A stretch of DNA of 64,000 bases from Takakia lepidozioides (Eukaryota > Plantae > Bryophyta): positions 34,472,001 through 34,536,000 of the forward strand of contig CM060733.1 in the NCBI GenBank assembly GCA_030704615.1. Direction: 5' to 3'. Made by a program: the position numbers and the translations under genes. The first letter of the stretch is position 1, and every line of letters starts with the position of its first letter. Below, in pieces: positions 35,871 through 47,511 of the stretch. The notes beneath the pieces are model-generated. The model was not told where the DNA came from. It made no database searches and worked only from the letters and a program-made list of their open reading frames with translations.

Positions 35871-38800
35871 ATGGCGACGCCGGCGGGAGGGGCCACGCAG
35901 GTGGCCAGGCCTGGGCAGCAGCCGGCAGCACAGCAAGGATTAGGGCAGATTTTGTTCGGGGTGGTGCGCATGGGTCTGTTCTGGTACTTTGCCATGCAGT
36001 TTTTTGGTCCCAAGAAGCCTTCCAATCCTGCCCTGCTCACCAACAATCTTTTTTCCAAGGGCGAGAACCTGGTACTGTCTGTGTCTTTGAGTCGGAGATA
36101 TTGTGGGCGTGCACGGGTTTAAATACGGGTTGAAATAGTTAGGCAGATGAATCAAGCTTTCGGACTGTAGCCTTCATGATCGGAATTGTTTTCAGGCATC
36201 GTGTGGGGACCCTCTCGGACTTTTGACACTCCTCCCTGACATACAGCTTGAAGGGTGGATCCAGTGGCACAGCTGGTTTCAGCCTTCTCTAGTTGACTGT
36301 GGATGTCCCTGCTGTCTTATAATATGCTGCACTGTAAGTTATGGGTCAGGGTTGTATCAGGGTCCTATAGCTGACTTCAGTAGTTTATTGAGTGTGCATG
36401 CGAGTGAACTGTTTGGCAGGGACCTAACTTCAAGGAGAAGATCATTTGATCAAAACTGTATCTATAATTCCAGTTCTATTTATAAATCCAACAAATTGCA
36501 ACTGAGGTTTGCAATTGTCTGCTATGCACACGATTGAGATGAGTGATGGTCATGGTTTAAGTTCCTTGGTTCTTCTTACTTATAGTCATGTCCTCTGTGA
36601 GATGGAGTCTCATCTTCGAACCCAACAGTGGCGGTGACGGTCTTGGAAAATTTTGTTAGGGTTGGGTCACACACTTGGTCTGTAGCTTGGGATCTCAATT
36701 TTCATGGTGCAGCCTGTGACTTAGACAGAGATTTCCCAAACCATTTCTGAGTTTGCAGTTTCACATGTTTTCCTGAGCCAAACTGGACTAGGCTTCTCCT
36801 TTTTTTGTGTGATCAATTTGTGAATATTCTGCATTATGCCCATGATAAAAAAAATATCTAACAATACTTATCTGCCTATATTGTCAGTATGGAGCCTAGA
36901 GTGTGAAGACAGCCACCAGAAAGGCTTTTACCAGATTTTTGTGCTCTACCTGGTTCATAATAACATACTGGTTATGTCTGTGAGAGTTGGATATTGATTT
37001 GATTGTGAGTTTATGACAGGATGCATGGCTCTACATCTCTGAGAAATCAATGTTTACTGATTTTGGCAATGAGGAGGCACTAGTGTGGCATGAAACCAAT
37101 GTCCCATATGCTGTTTGGACGCCTGGCAGTGTTCGTCGTCAGCATTATGTGTACCATCCATCAGAGGTACGTATTCAACTGACCATTTAGCTTGTAGATG
37201 ATCTGTGAAAGGTCATGACTAAGTCGAAAAACCCGGATACAGTAACCTTTGCTGGCCATGGTATGGCGATGTGCTAAGTGAGTGTCCTAATCAAGTATCA
37301 CTGAGCTGGTCGTTGGCGGATGTAGATGCCTGCAACTTCTGACGCAACCAATTAGACATTGTTAAGTTTTTGGAATTTGACCAGTCTCAAGAGTGAGGAA
37401 CAGTGGTGTGAATTGTACCCAGAAAAGTTGCTGCAGGGCTTTATGCTAGATCAGTGGTTAGTACAGATCCTTCTGATCACTACTCCTGGGTCGCACATGG
37501 GAACCGGATGTGCAATCACCACCCACAGGCTTCGACTAGTGTAGCAATTGCCCAATGTATGCCTGTCTCAAACTTTACTACAGATCTTATGTGAGACAGC
37601 CCACTTGTGAATTCTATGAGAGTCAGAACATGAAGGCCTGTGGAGGGTGAATCTGAAGCTTGCAGTGGATATCAGTTTTCAGATCTCACAAGTGCTGTGT
37701 GTAACCTAGGAAGGATGGATTTAGAATGAGTTCCCTCTATAGATTCTGATCTTCAGATATTATTACCCTTCTTATATTTGATACTATTCCAGCTTTCATG
37801 TGTGAAGAACGCATGTTTTGGTTCTTTTAAAAGGGTCGACATTAAAGCTCTGGCGTTGATTGACAGTTTTTGAGTTCCAATCTCATACTTCTCATGAATG
37901 TTGGCAGGCTGTGCAGCACAATGGGAGTGTATATGCACATGTGTTCTTTGCCCGATCTGGATTCTCCCCAGACCCCAGCGATCCTGAGTATGACCAGTCT
38001 GCATCCTTCCATAAAAGCCATCGTAAGTATGCCAACGGAGTGTGGCCCTTGGATTGGGCTTCAAAACTCTTCCGTACTGACTTTTAAGGACAGCACATGT
38101 TGGCTGACCAGCATCGACTTCCTTGCAGTGGGCTGCTGGTGCTTCACAGCAGATGCCCTGGGTTGGCTTTGGTGTGTGTCGTCGAATTAAGAATAAGCAA
38201 GAATTGTCATTTGACAAACTGGAAATAAGAATGGAAAATGGTAAACTGTTCAGCTCCAGCTAACTAAACAAGATTTTACCTCTTTGGAGGCAGCCAGTCT
38301 CAATGCCGTTTTCACCAATGAGGGTCTTTGTTTAGGGCTAGCTGTCTTTATTGTGACTCAGTTTGCTGTGCAGCATAAGTTGTTTCACCAGTTATGCAAT
38401 TTTAGTACATCCATGTTAAAAGTTTATTTTGCTTGACGTTGTGCAGCGCTGGTGGTGTACCTTCCCAAGCCAAAGGTGGACAAGCGGAAGAGTTTAATTG
38501 GAAAGGGTAGTGACAAAGACACAGGGCAACAAGTCACTGAGGTACATTAGTGCCTGTAATACTCCAAGCTGCAGCTTCGTTCAGAATACCATTGATGTCG
38601 GCAGATAGATCACACCCACTTGAGAATTTGAGTGAATAAGGTGGAAGACAGGAGCCAAGTTGTTTAAACCATATTTTCTGTTTCTAGTTGGGAATTAAAT
38701 TGCTTTGCTGTACGTATCTCCTCCTGGCCCTACTGTTTCTCTCTGAATATTCAAGCATCAAATATTTGCATGGGGGTGTGTATACTGCAGGTAGTTGTGA

Positions 38801-41800
38801 GGCCTGTATAAGTCTTGCATTCCGGAAGGATTCAGTCTTAGTGGTCTGCACTCTAACTGAGGGGGGAACCCACGCCACACTTGTTATGCAAGAAATCATC
38901 AGGCTTATGGCCACATCGTGCATGACCGTAAGTCCGTGTAACCTCAAGTCCAAGGCACGGTGGGCATATGATAGATTTGGTGTCGCAGCATCTTCTCCTG
39001 AATATCCTTGAGCTCTTTATGCTCGGCTCAGTCTTCAGGTCTTTCTGTCTTGTAGGAAGCAATGGCAACCATTGTCATTGTTTCCTTCTAGATCCTTCTT
39101 CATCATCCTATCACACTCCAAGTGGTGGGTGGATGTTGTTTCCTAGCTTTTGTTTCTCCAGCTGGATGACCGGGGGAAAGCTTTCATATCTGGTGATGGG
39201 AAATATTGGTTACTCTAGTGTACAACCTTATTTAGACCCCCCACATGGCATTTGTTGTTGCAAACTTATGTGCATATTCAAGTAGACCCCTTTCTCATAT
39301 AAACTGGTTCCATTTGGACGTGATCAGGTGGTACAGGAGACGTTCATAGAAGAAGAAGAAGCCCCCGTGGAATGGATTTCTTTCTGGAAGCCCAATGTGA
39401 CCATTAACTTGGTGGATGACTTCACAAAGTATTCTTTCTTCCGTCTGTAGAATTACTTGTGTAAGCATTTTTGTCTGCTTAAGCTGGCTTAGAAGTCGCA
39501 GGCCTCTCTCACCGTTTGACTGGCGAAATGATGACATTATACACATGTGCAGCACATGTGGCAAGTTAGGTGTTGGTGTATGTGTGCTCATGACAGTCTG
39601 GTGATTTATTTAATGACAGGTATCCAAAAGGAGGAGCTCCTGCTACGCTTGCTGAATGTATCCGCTCAGTATTCCAGTTTCTTGATTTCTGTCAGCAGAG
39701 CAGCCTATACAAGTTGTGCTAGCAATGAGGAAGTCTTTGTAGTACCTTCAATTCTCAGTTCAAAAAATGAAAACGAAAATGCGATCCCCAGGGGGTTGCA
39801 CTAAATATGCGATGATCTTTCAAGTCACACTTCATCATTTTGATTGTTTGGTGCTGAAGGGGAGATAGTTAGGACGATAGTGGGTTAAGACAGGGCTATT
39901 TGTGGGATTTGTACTCATGCCATTCTGAAGGCAAATTGCCATTCGCTTTTGATTTCAGTTTTCAGCTTTCTGATGGAAGGAGAGTGATGAAAGGTCTTCC
40001 TTGATCCAAGGATATGCAGACCTTAATTTTGATGAGAGCACGGGAAACTATTACCCCACTGTGTACTTCAATGAGTTCTGGATGCTGAGAGACAAGCTGG
40101 CCGCCATCAATGAGACAGTGGATGAGCTTCACTTGGATCTGGAGCTGGGTCCCATCAGTCTTATGCGCTGGCAGCTGTACCTGCAAGTTGACCAGTCATT
40201 TCAAATTCATCGCTCTTATGGCAGCATGCTTGAAGGCGAGGCTGATGAGCTGAAGGTATGCAAAGATAGCAGCTGATAATGGAGATGAAGTGGTGCAGGG
40301 GAGGGCAGGTTGTGCTATTTTCTTGCCCATCGTGGGTCGGGTGGATATTAATGGCCATCGAACCAGGAAAGCTGTCTGGTCAATTTATTTTACTGATAGA
40401 CAATAGACAATAGACATTCGAATCATGGTCTATGTATCTTTAATTGTGATGCTCTCTGTGGCTTTGTTTGGCAGAGGGTGTTTTTGGAGGGGAACCCCTA
40501 CCTGCTGTCTGTGACAATGGCGGTTTCTCTATTGCACACTGTTTTTGACTTTTTGGCCTTCAAAAACGGTGCGTCTGTGGCTACTCTTAGAAGTTCTCAT
40601 CCTGTTCCTTTGGTGTACTAATTTGGATAAGTTAGCTGCCACACAGTATTGGACTGAAAATGAAGTGCTAAACGGAGGTACAAAAATAACAGTGCTACCT
40701 TTTTGCATGTTTCTAGAGGGTTTGTCCTTGTATCCTACTGTTTCTTGCCGTGTGCATGACACAGATATCCAGTTTTGGAACAAGAACAAGTCAATGGAGG
40801 GTTTATCGGCACGGTCCGTGGTCATCAATTTTTTCTGCCAGTTGATAGTGTTCCTGTATCTGCTGGACAATGAAACATCATGGATGATCATCCTGAGTGC
40901 TGGAGTTGGCTGTTGCATTGAATTCTGGAAAATTGGCAAGGCCATGCACATTGAGGTGATCATTTTTTCAAACTGATGCATCTGGTACTTACGAGATCAA
41001 AGTCAAGGGTTTAGTTGTTTATCTGAACACTTTTATAGACTACTTCACAGCAGTGGCTGTGGGTGTCATTGACTTCAATAATGTCCCATTTTGTTGACAT
41101 TGTTGTTGCTGTTAGAAGCTAGTAAAGCTAATGATTTTAGTGTGCAGGTGGACTGGAGCAGGGGTTTCCCTCTCCTCAGGTTCAGGGACCGGGAAACATA
41201 TGCGGGAAATAAAACTAAGGAGTATGATGATTTGGCGATGCGCTATTTCTCCTACCTTTTGTATCCTCTTGTGGCTTGTTTTGCTATCTACTCCCTCATT
41301 TATGAGCGCCACAAGAGCTGGTATTCTTGGATTTTGTCTTCTCTCACCAGCTGTGTCTACACATTTGGTACGTGGGGCAATCTTTTCTTTGTGCATCTAT
41401 TTTCATCTTGCTGGAGCATTTTTCTATTTGTTAGGGAAGCTGCTGGCAGAGGCTTAGATTGGTATGAGAGGTCAGGGAAGCCTGTGTCAAGGTTTGTGTA
41501 GAAGCTCCGGATATCTGTCCTCTGTTTGAATAAGGCCTAAGGATTACTGTACTATCCTGAGGCTGGTCTTCAAAAGTTTTATCATTTTTTCTTTGCAGAC
41601 AAATAATTTGTGCACAGTAAAGCAAAAAGCAACTGATGGTACGGGGGCCTTTTATTAATCTGGCGGGTGTGGTACATATTGGTGGGATCAGGGTTCATTA
41701 TGATGTGTCCGCAGCTTTTTATCAACTACAAACTCAAGTCAGTGGCACACTTACCATGGCGTCAAATGACTTACAAGTTTCTCAACACTATTATTGATGA

Positions 41801-42408
41801 CCTGTTTGCATTCGTCATCAAGATGCCCATCCTCCATCGCCTTTCTGTCTTCCGTGATGGTACTGTTTCAGGACCATGTCCTCCTTGATGTTGTGTCCGG
41901 TTCGTAGATCTCTGACAGTCTATTATGGAAGGTGAATGGTTGATAGTCAATGTCAGCCTGCTTGTTGGTTTCAAGGTCTTTTGATGAGGTCTTGGCGGAT
42001 GTGTACATGTTCATAATCTCGATGCAACGAGTGTGTATCTGCCTCTATTCAGTTTTGATGGAGGAAGGCTGAATATGGGAAACTGGGGTTGGTGGTATGG
42101 TTGCAGATCTGGTGTTTTTAGTCTATCTATATCAGCGATGGGTCTACCCTGTAGACAAAAAACGTGTCAACGAGTTTGGCTTTGGGGGAACAGATGGGAA
42201 TAGTGAAGAGGAAGCTCTGAAGCTCTTGGAGGGGGAGAGGGGAACTGGGGAGGGAGAGAGAGCTGGGGATGGAAGAATAGAGCGGATAACAGCTGGTATT
42301 ACAGAGGAGCAGGTCAGCCGGACAGCTGCGGGAGTGAAAGGTGATAAGGATGGTAGAGATATAGCAGGGGACAAGAGTCCCAGTCAAGATGGTAAGAAGA
42401 GGTTATGA
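35871..42408 (+). CDS. CLPTM1: CLPTM1-family multipass membrane protein; 12 exons: 35871-36071, 37020-37166, 37908-38022, 38447-38541, 39328-39428, 39620-39657, 40020-40255, 40475-40568, 40765-40955, 41148-41367, 41692-41859, 42107-42408
   Basis: HNGSVYAHVFF, WKPNVTINLVDDF, YYPTVYFNEFW, FDFLAFKNDIQFW, GFIMMCPQLFINYKLKSVAHLPWRQMTYKFLNTIIDDLFAFVIKMP, YLYQRWVYPVDKKRVNEFG. Confidence 0.95.
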
Positions 42409-43274
42409 TGGAGGTGGTCATTCTTCTTGAATAACACATCCCTGATTTACTGTGTCCCAGGCTCGAGAGTTTGGCAAAGATTTCTTTCAAAATAGCATCA
42501 GTTCAGGTATGATCTGTCTGTGCAGACCGGGGCTGCACCTACAGATTTAATTCTTTTACCAGACCTGTTTCTGTGCAGGCATGGTTGTACTTAGAGGCTT
42601 AATTCTTTGTGTTGACCCCTAGTTCTGTCTTGTAGCGAAGTAAGAATCCTATTTTGACAACGCCGGTGCCTTTTTTGTTGTGCTATACACAGGAAAGTCC
42701 AGATGGCATTGGGCAGAGTTTATTGGGTTTGTCTTCCTGTAGTTTTGCTAGTACGTTTTTGTGCCACTAGAGCTAACTCAGAGGTTCCTCACATATTCAC
42801 TTTATTGTCAATAGGGTTGTAGGTGAAACTCACTTTGTCACTCTGATTAGGATGATGCATCTTCCTTCAACAATCTGTCTTATACACTTTTGCTGCCTTT
42901 ATCAAGCCTTGGATTGCTTCTAATACCCTACGTGTTGATGTAATCACTTTGTAGTTGCGCATGGTGAACTGACTGTGCCTTGGTCTCATGGCTGACCATT
43001 GAAATCCTAGACTTGCACTCCCTTTATGGTTGGCAAAGATATCAGAGGGGTTGTCAACGATGGATCTACTAACACGGCAGGCAACATGCTGCGAGAGAAC
43101 ATAAAAATCCAACTATCCACAATTTTTTGTTGATTTAAAACTAGTAATTCCAAGGATGGAGTCCTGACACATTGGTGAAGACAAAAGCATTGAACTTTTC
43201 CCTCCCCAAATCAAGTTCTCTTGGGAGTGTTCCCACTGATTAATCCACAAGCAGTGTGTACAGTCCTGCTTATA

Positions 43275-43319
43275 CCGCCGGGCAGAGTCCACTCTGCCCG
43301 GCGGGAATATCATGGCTAG
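43275..43319 (+). other. Perfect GC-rich 14-bp-arm palindrome followed 11 nt later by CTAG (Helitron 3'-end-like)
   Basis: CCGCCGGGCAGAGT-CC-ACTCTGCCCGGCGG (43275-43304); CTAG at 43316-43319. Confidence 0.45.
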
Positions 43320-44421
43320 GAATGTTCTTGTTTACTAACGGTCAAAAATCTTCTTAAAACATGTAATTGACTGTCTATGAAATGAGGGCAGGACCGATTG
43401 TAATTGTAATTGGGAAGCATAAAAGAACTCTACTTAAGTTAACAGAACTGTTAGAACTCCAGTTTACATCGATACATTATGTCTCTAGGGGCATTAGGCT
43501 TGCCTCCTTTTCAAGGGAACGACTAGCATGCACAGGCACTGTAGAGACTTGGTATGAAACAACAAGCAGGAACAAGAACTAAACCTAGGGAAACCTCCTG
43601 TAGTTGGTTGGGGAACAGAACATAGCAAATGACAGAGTAGAACAACAAGATTTATGATGGAAGACTCAGCAGAGAACCAACACAAAGACGGGTCACGGAG
43701 AATCTGTGGGGGTGAAGACCTCAATTGACAGTTACAACCCTTTTCGAAAGCATCTCCCTTAGGAGAAAATGCCACCAACATGCCCAAGCAAGCCAAATTC
43801 AAACTGAGGCTCAGAAATGGCCATGGGTCACCCAGCCAATGAAATGCATGCAAATTGCAGCTCTAGCACGTGCTGCTTGTCTACGCTGCACTCCGCTCAA
43901 GTAGAGTTTTCAGATAATCTGGAAATAGGGACTTCAAATTTCCACATATTTTTCCTCTTTGTACTGTTCAAATAGCTTATATATTGAATAGCTATGTAAC
44001 AATCCTGCATGAGGTAGGCCTTGTATGTGGCCCATTACCTTCAATTTCTACCTCCATTAGCTTGTGGATACCTCTTCGCATTCCTGGTGTGAGAATATGC
44101 ACCCCGCCAAACTGTCATCCAAACCGCCGCAATGCATCCAGTAAACGTATTTATTCCCCACCACTTAAATATCTCTCAGACAAACAGTAAACTCTCAGAT
44201 GTTTCTCCAAATCCTGTTGCTTTGCAGGTGAAGAGAGTGCCCAAGACACACATCTACACAAGGTTTTCCTTGACTCACTGCTACTGCTCAATAACCATCC
44301 CCAAATCCTGAATAATACTGACAACTGCAGTAGCTATCATAAATTGCTAACTCAAGTCTACTAAAATAATCACCTTTCTACCTGCATGATTGAAACAGTG
44401 CACTTGTGCATGTTGCTTATT

Positions 44422-44640
44422 TCACCAGTAATCCCAACCAATCATGTATGTGGTGAAAGCAGTTCCTGTCCCAAACGACAATTCCTTGCCCAACAATCCT
44501 TGACATAAACTTGGCAGTTTTGCAATCATCGCACACTTGATGTCGCAGATAGGTGTCCCAGGGGTTGTGCTAATGAGCCCATAAGTAACGGCCAGCTTCT
44601 CACTGTAGTGGCACAAGGAAACCTCCCTTCCTTCAACACA
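44422..44640 (-). pseudogene. PPR DYW deaminase-domain fragment, frameshifted
   Basis: LCHYSEKLAVTYGLISTTPGTPI; other frames give CDDC..AKFMSRIVGKE and IVVWDRNCFHH; terminal DYW then stop. Confidence 0.85.
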
Positions 44641-45410
44641 CAAACAACAGGTATACCCACAACAGGCCGTTTCTACCATCCACCTCCTGCTCCCTTGACT
44701 TGAACCTCCTTAACAGCTTGCACAATTCAGCAGTGTGTAAACATACTCTGACCTTACCAACATGAAAGAGAGAAAGATAAAGTTATATACTATAATAAAA
44801 ATGGAGATCTTACTTATCAGAGACCAACAAACACATAGCTCTCGTCATCCAGTATCGGCCTCAACGCTTCCAGTATTACAGCCCTGAATCACCAAGCCAA
44901 CAACTGCACTTCAATCAGAAAAGCATTAAAAACTGAAAACAGTGCCATGAGCAATGCCTGAGCCAACAATCAGACACCATCCTACAGCCCCACTCCAGTA
45001 TCCACGCCGTCTTTTGCTAGGTACACCAGGAAACCCAATGTCGGCATCTTACGGAAAATGGATTAAAATTACCATGTTATTGCCTAACTCAAACAAAACA
45101 AGTAGATTGCTGTGCAGGTTCTAAAATATGGCACTGCAGCACGACAATTTTGCAGCCCACATACCGATTTTGCGCGCGTGTGCGAGCAAGCACACGTGCG
45201 AGTGTGACTGCCACGTGTGTCAGCCTGCATCCAAACTCCGACATACTCAGAATGGCTTGTTTTTTAGAGTGCAACTTGATAATCTGTAGAATGGCAAATT
45301 CTTCCAAAATATTGTTTCAGGCTAACAGTTGCTGTGCCTGAACAGGCAACAAATGTGGCTCTATATTACTCTCCTGAGATTGTATTTTCAATTTGTGCGG
45401 CATAGCTGCA

Positions 45411-47187
45411 TTACCTTTTAAGCTTTCCAGTCACACTGCATTGGTTGGCTGTGGACCAATCCTGCCCATCATGCTCAGCAGTAAAATCACTTGGTTTCTT
45501 GGCGGGGCAGTACAGATAAACTGGCTCTTGTAGCAACCCTTGAGCATTATCCTCTGCATGTTTTAGCAAACCTTGCTGTGTAGTCAGCTTAGCTGTTGAA
45601 TTCTTGGAGGAATCAGAACCTGCTAACTGGGAGCTTCTGTCAAAGGCACTGCTCAAAACCTTCACCATTTCTGCAGGCAACACTTGCAGGCTATCACACA
45701 CTCCTTTTCCCTGCATTATGCCCTGCTCATCAGTACCCAACAGATCCTTTGCACTATGTCCACTTTCTGCCAGTTCCCGGCACATGAAATTAATCACTGG
45801 CAGCATTTCTGTTTCAGTGACTCCGGCTGGATCCAGGTGCGTCAAGACAACCTTGGTATGCATCTGATCAGCAAGAGCCTCATGGGCAACACTCTCCATC
45901 CAGTGCCAGAACAATTTTTCATGCTTTTCGCACTCTGCCATCTCCTCTGCAATGCCCTTGGCTGCTTCCAGGGCCTGGAGGTGCTGCTCCAGCAAGTCGC
46001 TGTGTGCCAGCAAATGCATCTCATACTGACTCAAAGGCCTGCTGCTTCCCATCAAAAGCTGGGCTTCCTGCAGCTCACATATCCGCCGGGCCTTGCATGT
46101 ATGCAGGGCATATAGTGCCTTCAGTGTGGCTTGCACCTACCCCCAAATATTTACTGACACCATCACTTTTCGAGAACGCCCCCTTTCTCACATTGACATC
46201 TGAGTTTTGTACTGAGCCCTGCAGCAGAGTCTGACTGGCAGACAACCAGTACAAACCCAATCAAACACCTTAAGTTTCAGACTTTGAGAGGATGCAATTC
46301 GCAAGAAAATGGTTGAGCAGCCGTCACTCTACCTGCCCATAAAGCATCAGCGCTTGCTCTGCCCGGACTTCGGCTCGACTGCCGGCATCACGCACCCGGT
46401 TGGATGCAGCTATCACGCGCTGCACATGTCGATGTGCCACAGCTTCTGCATCTCTTGCCTGAGCAAGCGCCTGTGGGCTGGAGCAGGTGTCAGGGGGATA
46501 CATATCTGGAAGAGGAGCACTTGCTTTAGCGGCCAGAAGGGGGCGAAGGCGCTGCTCCAGCCCTCGTTCAATGACATCACACTGAGAGATCAGCCATCCT
46601 AAGGCCAGCACCAGATGCCGGCTTTCTCTCGTGTCTTTAGAGATTGTGAAAAACGGGGAGTGGGCTGGGTAGCCCCAGAGTGCCATGTAGAATTTCACAA
46701 AAGCTAACATATCTTCTTCCTCCCCAATTTTACATACATCGTCCAGTACGGCCCCAGGTCCCTCTCCACACTTCTCTCTCGGCCTTTTCTCATACCCTAC
46801 CTCGTGTGCGCTGGATGGACTCACATTGGCATATTCCCGACTAGCAGCTGTGTAGATCACACCTTTCTGACCGGAAGCTCTTCTAAGAACTTTAGGTGCT
46901 GCACTTCGATTTTCTTTAATACCTCCACGTAATGACGGACTGACAGATGACCTCCCTGTGCGCGCCATTCTCTTCTTTCCCTCCCCACCTGGAAAACATG
47001 CGAGATGGAGAGCGACGAGGTCATGAAGAGCTCGAAAGAGGCACGTAGCTTTGGGCAGGCGATTGAACTTGGCCTGCCTCAACACCTCAGGTGACAGCCC
47101 TGATACCCCCAAGTCCGTGATCAACCCACAAATATAATTTATGCTTCCCTTAACACACTGCCGCCCTTTGTCATCTCTACTCTCCAT
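45411..47187 (-). CDS. TEDC1: Tubulin epsilon/delta complex protein 1-like; exons 47187-46333 and 46136-45415; a further 3' exon (~45089-45320) is possible but unresolved
   Basis: PEVLRQAKFNR, ALWGYP, SRHLVLALGWLI and HEKLFWHWMESV match motifs I recall for the TEDC1/C14orf80 family; phase-0 intron. Confidence 0.72.
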
Positions 47188-47511
47188 CCTTTCACCACTT
47201 CCTCTCCCACATCACTTGGCTTTTCACGACCTCCGTCCCTCCTCAATTCCTCAAAAACCCTAGACTGCCCAGTGAGAGGAAGAAGACGACGATAACGTGG
47301 CGTATCTCAAAATACTATAAATGCCAAGTATTGTACATAATTTAGTACAATACTATGCTGTCTTCCGTATCAGAGAACAGGGAGAGAGACAAACCCCATA
47401 AGGAGCGGATCACTCAGCATTCACCTGAATCCTGATAACCATTGCCAGCTGAAATGTGTGAGTGAAAGCGGAGGAGGAAGGCAGGGGAGGCTACCTAGAC
47501 GAGAGCTTGCA
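47188..47511. promoter_or_regulatory. Candidate compact bidirectional promoter (324 bp between divergent ATGs) containing a telo-box
   Basis: ATGs at 47187 (-) and 47512 (+); AAACCCTAG near 47255. Confidence 0.55.
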
